NCBI GenBank assembly: GCA_016742095.1
Contig: JACVCJ010000014.1
Span: 17,777-81,776 of the forward strand
Direction of reading: 5' to 3'
DNA from: Bacteroidia bacterium
Lineage (GTDB): Bacteria; Bacteroidota; Bacteroidia; CAIKAF01
Length of the DNA stretch: 64,000 bases
Of this stretch, positions 57,968-64,000 are shown piece by piece. The translations under genes were made by a program, and so were the position numbers. The notes beneath the pieces are model-generated. The model saw only the letters and a list, made by a program, of their open reading frames with translations, made no database searches and was not told the DNA's origin. The stretch's first letter is position 1, and the number at the start of each line of letters is the position of its first letter.

Positions 57968-59229
57968 TATTTGCCGAAGACTATAATACACTCATCGTAG
58001 CGCTCGGCGCGGTACTGCTCAGTTCGGTATCGGCCGTTACGGGCGTGTTCGCCTACCTGCGCAAAAAGGCGCTCAGCGGCGATGTGGTGGCCCACAGCGT
58101 ATTGCCCGGCATTATACTGGCCTATATGGCCACGGGTATACGAAATCCGTTCGTGTTGTTACTGGGAGCGCTGTTTACGGGCGGACTCAGCATGCGTGTG
58201 TCTGAATGGCTCACGACAAAAGCCCGCCTGAAGGAAGATGCGGCCCTGGCCTTTACCATGTCGGTATTTTTTGCCGCCGGTATCTTCCTGATGCACTTTT
58301 TGCAGACCAGCGGCGCCCTGGCCCAGGCCGGTATACAGGATTTCCTGTTCGGTAAGGCGGCGGCGCTCTCCCTCGAAGATCTGCTCTGGCTGGGCTCGGC
58401 AGCCCTGGTGGTATTGTTGAGCGTAGTCCTGTTCTACAAACCGGTCCTCGTATTTGCCTTTTCCCCTTCTTTTGCGGCTTCGGCCGGTTTACCGGTGCGT
58501 TTTCTTTCCGTACTGCTTTCAGGTGTGCTGGTGTGGAATATTTCCATCAGTCTGCAAACCACGGGCGTGGTCATGTCGGCCGCACTGATGATCACACCGG
58601 CTGCTGCGGCCCGCTTCTGGACGGATTCTCTGAAAAAGATGTTCCTGCTTTCCGCCGTTTTTGGCGCCACGGCCGGACTTGCCGGGGCCGCCGTTTCCTA
58701 CCTGGCCGCCGATATGCCTACCGGTCCCTGGATCGTGGTGGTACTTACGCTGATCGCTTTTACGTCGTTCCTTTTTTCGCCCAAAGGGCGCGTGCGCAAA
58801 TGGTGGCAGGCCTGGTCGCACCGCCGCACCCTGGCTTTAGAGAACGTACTCAAGAACATTTACAAATACCTCGAAAGTGAGGCCGATCCCACTTATTTTA
58901 TGCCCCGGGCTGTTTCCGGTAAATACGGCATTTCCGGCGAAGAGTGGAAAAAAGGCTGGCGGCAGGCCCTGGCCCGTAACCTGGTTGTAAAAGGCAGCAA
59001 CGGGTATTTTTTTACAGAAAAAGGCCGTTCCCTGGCCGCCCGCGTGGTACGCCTGCACCGCCTCTGGGAACTCTATATCCTTAAGTACGCACGCATCCCC
59101 GAAGAATGGGTACATGCCGATGCCGAACATTTTGAACACTTTATCTCCGAAAAGATCGAAAAAGACCTGTTGCAGCTGCTCGATAACCCGGAGACCGATC
59201 CGCACCAAAAACCTATTCCCGGCTTATGA
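57964..59229 (+). CDS. metal ABC transporter permease fused to a C-terminal DtxR/MntR-like metal-dependent repressor domain (YtgC-YtgR-like fusion)
   Basis: Residues 1-~270 form an ABC-3 family permease with 8-9 TM helices. Residues ~280-421 are soluble (..TLALENVLKNIYKYLESE..GWRQALARNLVVKGSNGYFFTEKGRSLAARVVRLHRLWELYILKYARIPEEWVHADAEHFEHFIS..) and resemble the DtxR-type winged-helix plus dimerisation region. Confidence 0.75.
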   Translation: MIFAEDYNTLIVALGAVLLSSVSAVTGVFAYLRKKALSGDVVAHSVLPGIILAYMATGIRNPFVLLLGALFTGGLSMRVSEWLTTKARLKEDAALAFTMSVFFAAGIFLMHFLQTSGALAQAGIQDFLFGKAAALSLEDLLWLGSAALVVLLSVVLFYKPVLVFAFSPSFAASAGLPVRFLSVLLSGVLVWNISISLQTTGVVMSAALMITPAAAARFWTDSLKKMFLLSAVFGATAGLAGAAVSYLAADMPTGPWIVVVLTLIAFTSFLFSPKGRVRKWWQAWSHRRTLALENVLKNIYKYLESEADPTYFMPRAVSGKYGISGEEWKKGWRQALARNLVVKGSNGYFFTEKGRSLAARVVRLHRLWELYILKYARIPEEWVHADAEHFEHFISEKIEKDLLQLLDNPETDPHQKPIPGL

Positions 59230-60116
59230 ACGCATTCTGGATGATATGTACCGGTATACTGGTGGCTGTGTCCTGCAGCTCGCTGGGCAGTTTCCTGATC
59301 TTACAGCGTAAAACCATGCTGGCCGATGCCATTTCGCATGCGGTGCTGCCGGGTATTGCCCTGGCCTACCTGCTTTCGGGCAGCCGTTCGCCCTTTTTTA
59401 TGATGTTCGGAGCCTCAGTTTCAGGCGTGTTCACCGCCTTCCTGGTAGAATGGCTCGAAAAAAAGGCCGGCGTACAGACCGATTCTTCCATCGGGGTTAC
59501 CTATACCTGGCTGTTTGCCGTGGGCATTATTCTTATTTCGGCTTTTGCAGGCCAGACCGACCTGGACCAGGACTGCGTGCTCTTTGGCGAACTGGTGTAT
59601 GTCCCGCTGAACAAAGTAGAATTCGCCGGCTTCCGTATCCCGCTGCAAACCTTGCAGTTAGTGCCGGTTACGGGCCTGGTGTTTGCATTTATATGGCTGT
59701 TCTATCCCGCGCTCAAGGTATATTCCTTCGACCCTTCCTTTGCGCGTATGCGCGGCCTGCGCGGGTTGCTGCTGCATTACCTGTTCATGACGCTGGTATC
59801 GCTTACCACGGTATTTTCTTTCGAGAGTGTAGGGGCCATACTGGTGGTGGCCTTGCTGGTGGTGCCGGCCGTTACGGCGCGCATGCTTACGGGCCGTCTT
59901 TCGCTCCTGCTGCTGTACGCGGCACTTTTTGCCGTGGCCTCGGTGCTGGGCGGATACGCGGCGGCCTATGCGCTCGATAATACGCTTTCGGCCTGCATTG
60001 CCTTATGCAGCGGCCTTTATTTTGCGCTTGTATTTGGCTTAAAGCAGCTTTTTCTTCAGCGCGTTCAGAAAAAACTCTTTACCACCGGCCCCGAAGGCTC
60101 CGAAGTGCGGGTTTAA
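59226..60116 (+). CDS. metal ABC transporter permease (second permease, YtgD/ZnuB-like)
   Basis: An ABC-3 family membrane protein of 296 aa. It overlaps the previous gene by 4 bp. Confidence 0.8.
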   Translation: MNAFWMICTGILVAVSCSSLGSFLILQRKTMLADAISHAVLPGIALAYLLSGSRSPFFMMFGASVSGVFTAFLVEWLEKKAGVQTDSSIGVTYTWLFAVGIILISAFAGQTDLDQDCVLFGELVYVPLNKVEFAGFRIPLQTLQLVPVTGLVFAFIWLFYPALKVYSFDPSFARMRGLRGLLLHYLFMTLVSLTTVFSFESVGAILVVALLVVPAVTARMLTGRLSLLLLYAALFAVASVLGGYAAAYALDNTLSACIALCSGLYFALVFGLKQLFLQRVQKKLFTTGPEGSEVRV

Positions 60117-60857
60117 GGTATTTTCGGCAGAATAGGTAAGGGGCTTGCGGGTCTCGAGGGAGTACAAATCTCCGCCTGAACAGAGCAGCAGTGCATGGCC
60201 CGCGGCCGTATCCCAGATATGGGTATTCCCGAAACGGATGTACAGATCGGCCTTGCCTTCGGAAATAGCGCCGAATTTAAGCGCACTGCCCATTTTTTCT
60301 ACCTGCAGCGGGGCGATCTTCTCTGCATTTTTAAGCCAGCGGTTCTGCATGGCATTGCCTTTGGAATCGAGCGTACCACTCAGCATTACCAGTTCGTGGC
60401 GGGTACTTTCGGGAGAACAGGGCGTTATCTTTTCCGTTTCGAAATGATATTTCCATACCTGTCCGTTCTCGGTATACCAGCAGCAGTTCTTTACGGGGGA
60501 GGCAACCAGTCCGAATACGGGCACCCCTTTGCGGACCAGGGCTATATTCACGGCAAACTGGCCGTTGCGCTTCACAAATTCGCGTGTGCCGTCCAGGGGG
60601 TCCACACACCAGAACAATACGGGCGGCGTGGCCGGCATGTACATCTGTTCTTCGCTGATCACGGGTATGGACGTGGTTTCGAGTACCATGCGTATAACCG
60701 CGTCGGAAGCGGTATCGGCATCGGTAATAGGGCTGGCATCATCTTTTTTGCGTACGGAAAACTCCAGGTGGTAAACCTGCATTATTTCCTGGCAGGCAAG
60801 CTGGGCGGCAAACCGGGCAACAAAGGCGATAAAACGGAAATTTTCTTCTGCTTTCAT
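60039..60857 (-). CDS. cysQ: 3'(2'),5'-bisphosphate nucleotidase / inositol-monophosphatase family (CysQ-like)
   Basis: It has IMPase motifs (..WCVDPLDGTREF.., ..ISEGKADLYIRFG..WDTAAGHALL). The product is 272 aa. Confidence 0.7.
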   Translation of the reverse strand: MKAEENFRFIAFVARFAAQLACQEIMQVYHLEFSVRKKDDASPITDADTASDAVIRMVLETTSIPVISEEQMYMPATPPVLFWCVDPLDGTREFVKRNGQFAVNIALVRKGVPVFGLVASPVKNCCWYTENGQVWKYHFETEKITPCSPESTRHELVMLSGTLDSKGNAMQNRWLKNAEKIAPLQVEKMGSALKFGAISEGKADLYIRFGNTHIWDTAAGHALLLCSGGDLYSLETRKPLTYSAENTLNPHFGAFGAGGKEFFLNALKKKLL

Positions 60858-61834
60858 TTATTCAGGGTTTCTTCGATCAGGTATGTGAGCACCTCCTTTT
60901 CTGAAAGGCCCGCTGCCCTGATCTGCTGCGGAAGAAGACTTTCCCTTGTGAACCCGGGAATAGTATTTGCTTCCAGGAAATAAGGCACCGAATCTTTCAC
61001 GATAAAATCGATACGGACCATCCCGTTGCAATGCAGCGCCGAATACAAAACCCGCGTATACTCATTCAGTTTCAGTGTCACTTCCTGCGGCAGGCGGGCC
61101 GGTGTAATCTCACTGCTTTGCCCCTTATATTTGGCCTCGTAATCGAAAAAATCGTTGAAAGGTACAATTTCCGTCACAGGCAGGCAAATCAAATCTGCAC
61201 CCCGGCGAAAAATTCCGCATGCCACCTCGGTCCCCTGTATAAATTCTTCGAAAATAGCCGTGTTGTCGTGCTCAAAAACATGCTTCAGCGCCGCCGGGAA
61301 TTCGCTTTTCTCCCGTATCTTGTAGGTAGCCACCGAACTGCCGCCGCTGTTGGGCTTCAGGAAGCAGGGATAGCCTGTCCACTCGGTAATTTTTTCATAA
61401 TCAACGGCTTCGTTCCTTTCTATTGTCACTGCACGGGCCACCGGTACGCCCTGGGCCGCCGCCAGGTGTTTGGACACCATTTTGTTCATCGTAAGTGCGC
61501 AGTTGAGCAGTCCCGGACCTACCAGGGGCAGGTTCAGCAGGGCAAAGTAGCCCTGTAAAATGCCGTCTTCGCCGGGGGTACCGTGAATAATATTGTACAC
61601 CACATCGAACGACACCGTTTCTCCGTTCCGTTCAAACGTAAAGAAAGACCGGTTCACCGGGCGCCGTGTACCTTCGTCCTCCACGTACCAGTCCAGCCCG
61701 CGCACAACCACCAGGTAAGGCTCGTACTTATCCTTGTCGAGGCTTTGGAGCACCATGGCCGCACTGTCCATGCTTACTTCGTATTCGCCTGAATTTCCGC
61801 CGGCTATGACCGCAATTTTCTTTTTCATGTTCAC
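60854..61834 (-). CDS. ddl: D-alanine--D-alanine ligase
   Basis: The 326-aa product has an ATP-grasp fold (..KIAVIAGGNSGEYEVSMDSA.., ..GYPCFLKPNSGGSSVATYKI.., ..EANTIPGFT..). Confidence 0.9.
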   Translation of the reverse strand: MNMKKKIAVIAGGNSGEYEVSMDSAAMVLQSLDKDKYEPYLVVVRGLDWYVEDEGTRRPVNRSFFTFERNGETVSFDVVYNIIHGTPGEDGILQGYFALLNLPLVGPGLLNCALTMNKMVSKHLAAAQGVPVARAVTIERNEAVDYEKITEWTGYPCFLKPNSGGSSVATYKIREKSEFPAALKHVFEHDNTAIFEEFIQGTEVACGIFRRGADLICLPVTEIVPFNDFFDYEAKYKGQSSEITPARLPQEVTLKLNEYTRVLYSALHCNGMVRIDFIVKDSVPYFLEANTIPGFTRESLLPQQIRAAGLSEKEVLTYLIEETLNK

Positions 61835-62036
61835 TTCGGTATTTCTTACTCAAATGTACAGGGCAGAAAGGCAGTCCTGCAAGGGGCCGGAGGCATTTTA
61901 TCGGCATTTCATTGTTAACATGTTGTAAAAGGAGTTTTTTGTCTTGTAATCAATAGGTTAAGTCCCTGGTCGGGGAGCCCCGGATAAAGAACTTCGTTTT
62001 TTTTATTAGGTTTGTGCGAATAACTGAAAGACAACT

Positions 62037-62600
62037 GTGTTTAAGAAAGAGAACCTGAAGACATTCCTTATTGCATTTGTGGCGATGGCAGCCGTTTCTG
62101 TACTGCTTTTTATGGGACTGAAACTGTATACCCGCCACAGTAACAAAATACTTGTACCCGACGTTACCGATATGCAGATCGAAGAGGCCAGCGGCAAACT
62201 GGATGCCGAAGGCCTGGAAGCCGTGGTAACGGATACGATGTACATGGCTGATAAAAAGGAGTTTACCGTGCTGGATCAGAACCCTAAGTTCAACAGTGAG
62301 GTAAAATCGGGCCGTAAGGTATACCTGGTTATTTCGAGCAATGATCCGCCCGAGGTGGAAGTGCCTGACATGAAGGACCTGAGCGAGCGGGAGGCCCGTG
62401 CCCAGCTCGAAGCCCGCGGTTTTAAAGTAGGTAAAGTGATCCAGGTGCCGCAATTCGGCGGTGTACTGGGGCTTGCACATAAAGGACAGCTGATACCACC
62501 CCGCACAAAAGTACCGAAGGGTACTACAATAGATATCCGGGTTGGACGTTATACAAGCGATGATGACACAACTACCGTTCATGAAAGCAGTGAGTACTAA
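62037..62600 (+). CDS. PASTA-domain membrane protein (single N-terminal TM plus PASTA repeats)
   Basis: It starts at a GTG. The TM helix is TFLIAFVAMAAVSVLLFMGL, and the PASTA-like modules are VPDVTDMQIEEASGKLDAEGLEAVV.. and VPDMKDLSEREARAQLEARGFKVGKV... Confidence 0.7.
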   Translation: MFKKENLKTFLIAFVAMAAVSVLLFMGLKLYTRHSNKILVPDVTDMQIEEASGKLDAEGLEAVVTDTMYMADKKEFTVLDQNPKFNSEVKSGRKVYLVISSNDPPEVEVPDMKDLSEREARAQLEARGFKVGKVIQVPQFGGVLGLAHKGQLIPPRTKVPKGTTIDIRVGRYTSDDDTTTVHESSEY

Positions 62601-64000
62601 AACAGGCATCGGTTTTCTGGCCGCACTTTTCTGCGGTCTGCTTCTTTCCGGCAGCCTGCAGGCCCAGATATTTGAGGAGCCCCTCAGCTCGAACCCCCTG
62701 CTGAGTCCGGCCAAAGCTACGCCCGGGCCCAAAGTGCTTTTCCAGCCGGGTTCACAGAACTATTTTGAGCTGGATACCCTGTCACTGCCCTTCTTCGACG
62801 ATTTCAGCACCAATAAGTTCAAGGATTTTCGTCCCTATATGTACACGGGCATCACGTCCCGCTTCCAGAATTTTTACGAGGTAGACGATGTTACGCCTTA
62901 CCCGGACAGCATTTACTGGGTCAATTCACAGCCTTACAGCTATTCGGTGAATGGCGGCGGCGGTATCGACTCTGTGCTCTCTACCCAAAAGGTAAAGATC
63001 TGGGTATACGATACCATCCTGAACCCCTTTATGCGTATCGACAGCATCGAGGCCTGGGCCTACCAGCCCAAACTGGTGCTGGTGAACGGTGTGGTTACGG
63101 TGGCCACAGGCGATTACGACGGCCGTTTCTACAAAAAGGACAAGGAGTACTTCATACACCCGGTACCGGCCTGGGACCGCAGTCTGTGGGCCGATTTCTA
63201 TGTGTACCGCAATATACACATGCCCGTCAACCCGCCTACCATCGGGGTGGCTACTTTCGATGGCATCGACGAGTACGGGGCGCCGTATAATTTCCAGGAA
63301 CCCAACAGTTACGGGGTTGCCGATTACCTGACCAGTAAACCCATCGACCTGTCGGCTTTTTCTGCCGGAGACTCCCTGTACCTGAGCTTTGCCTACCAGC
63401 CGCAGGGCCTGGGCTTTTTCCCCGGTCCGCAGGACAGCCTGGTGCTGGAATTCCGGGCGCCGGGACAGCCGCTGTGGGACTACGTGTGGAGTGTACCCGG
63501 AGACGAACTGCATCCTTTCAAAAAGGTAATGATCAAACTGACCCAGGCCAAATACTTTAAAAAGGGTTTCCAGTTCCGCTTTAAAAACTACGCCGGCCTC
63601 TCGGCCAATAAGGACCACTGGATGGTAGACTACGTGTACATGAATGCCAACCGTACGCATGCCGATACCATGTTCCGCGATATTGCGCTGGTCTCGCCCC
63701 CGCCTACGATCCTGGACGTATATACGCGTATGCCTTTCCAGCAGTTCACCAAACCCGACGTGAACGAAAAATGGGAAAATAACCAGATCAGTAACCTCTG
63801 GACCAACGATATAGGCGTATATTACGAACACAGTTTCATTGGCCCGGGGAACAATGTACTTTCGGTATATCCTTTCGATAACCTGCCGGGGCAGTACGAC
63901 ACCACCTGCGTACAACCCTATGCGACCAACGGGTACGATGCCAATGTGCGCCATACCACACCGTTCTTCAGTTACGACTTTGATGTACAATGGCCGGGCG
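62581..64000 (+). CDS. large secreted hypothetical protein, N-terminal 473 codons (continues beyond the right edge)
   Basis: Hand translation from the ATG at 62581, which overlaps the PASTA gene's 3' end by 20 nt in another frame, stays open to position 64000. The product starts MKAVSTKTGIGFLAALFCGLLLSGSLQAQ.. (signal peptide), and the mature sequence is Tyr/Trp/Pro/Asp-rich. It is absent from the ORF track because no stop lies within the window. Confidence 0.5.
   Translation, partial: MKAVSTKTGIGFLAALFCGLLLSGSLQAQIFEEPLSSNPLLSPAKATPGPKVLFQPGSQNYFELDTLSLPFFDDFSTNKFKDFRPYMYTGITSRFQNFYEVDDVTPYPDSIYWVNSQPYSYSVNGGGGIDSVLSTQKVKIWVYDTILNPFMRIDSIEAWAYQPKLVLVNGVVTVATGDYDGRFYKKDKEYFIHPVPAWDRSLWADFYVYRNIHMPVNPPTIGVATFDGIDEYGAPYNFQEPNSYGVADYLTSKPIDLSAFSAGDSLYLSFAYQPQGLGFFPGPQDSLVLEFRAPGQPLWDYVWSVPGDELHPFKKVMIKLTQAKYFKKGFQFRFKNYAGLSANKDHWMVDYVYMNANRTHADTMFRDIALVSPPPTILDVYTRMPFQQFTKPDVNEKWENNQISNLWTNDIGVYYEHSFIGPGNNVLSVYPFDNLPGQYDTTCVQPYATNGYDANVRHTTPFFSYDFDVQWPG

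Noticed and set aside
61950-62732. 260-aa minus-strand ORF
   Set aside because: It is antisense to the PASTA-domain gene and to the start of the large secreted protein. The + strand products have a TM helix, PASTA modules and a signal peptide.
62926-63990. 354-aa minus-strand ORF
   Set aside because: It is antisense to the open + strand frame, which carries a signal peptide. Its composition is Val/Gly/Arg-rich junk.
1-64000. CRISPR arrays, IS elements, integrases and rRNA genes
   Set aside because: None was seen. There are no regularly spaced direct repeats with unique spacers, no transposase or integrase-like ORFs, and no rRNA-like sequence. Apart from the MORN gene's internal coding repeats, the only repeat tract is the short CCGGACTT microsatellite at 3680-3760.

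Overview
This is a 64 kb chromosomal segment that looks like it comes from a Bacteroidota genome (probably Chitinophagaceae or Sphingobacteriia-like), about 55-58% GC and densely coding on both strands. The taxon call rests on several points. Genes start close to TAnnTTTG-type promoter motifs. There are Type IX secretion (T9SS) genes: a PorV-like outer-membrane barrel, a PorU-like C25 peptidase and a PKD-repeat cargo protein with a type-B C-terminal sorting domain. Fused alpha/beta 2-oxoacid dehydrogenase E1 genes and an ORF6N protein are also present.

Gene content, left to right:
- A partial TonB-dependent receptor, a PepSY-like lipoprotein and a histidine kinase / OmpR-type response regulator pair.
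- murB, two glycosyltransferases and a GlmU-like beta-helix protein.
- Two thioredoxin-fold proteins, an EnvC-like M23 peptidase and a DUF349 repeat protein.
- A Fic / helix-turn-helix (HTH) pair of the 'mobile mystery protein B/A' type.
- PorV-like and PorU-like T9SS genes, an FtsE-like ATPase, and a giant tetratricopeptide-repeat (TPR) protein co-transcribed with a predicted beta-barrel outer-membrane protein.
- guaA, a LysM protein, the PKD/T9SS cargo protein and a fused E1 dehydrogenase.
- A bioB-bioF-bioD-bioA operon followed by an HPP membrane protein, then catalase.
- Two Tyr-tailed secreted hypotheticals flanking an ORF6N gene and a second, longer fused E1.
- A VOC protein, tRNA-Leu(GAG), adk and hpt.
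- Two tandem POT peptide transporters, an FAD oxidoreductase, AlgH/YqgE and a 796-aa MORN-repeat protein.
- A ytgABCD-like metal ABC transporter whose permease is fused to a DtxR-like repressor domain, then cysQ, ddl, a PASTA protein and the start of a large secreted protein running off the right edge.

There is no CRISPR array, rRNA gene or recognisable IS element. Many long antisense ORFs in the six-frame track are GC-driven artefacts. The regions most worth a second look are:
- the Fic/HTH pair and the operator-like repeats upstream of it;
- the ytgCR-like permease-repressor fusion;
- the reversed porV-porU arrangement with a very long PorU-like protein;
- the TPR plus outer-membrane-protein operon;
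- a ~470-bp gap between the HPP gene and catalase with no convincing ORF;
- the paired Tyr-tailed secreted paralogs;
- the tandem direct repeats upstream of the response regulator.
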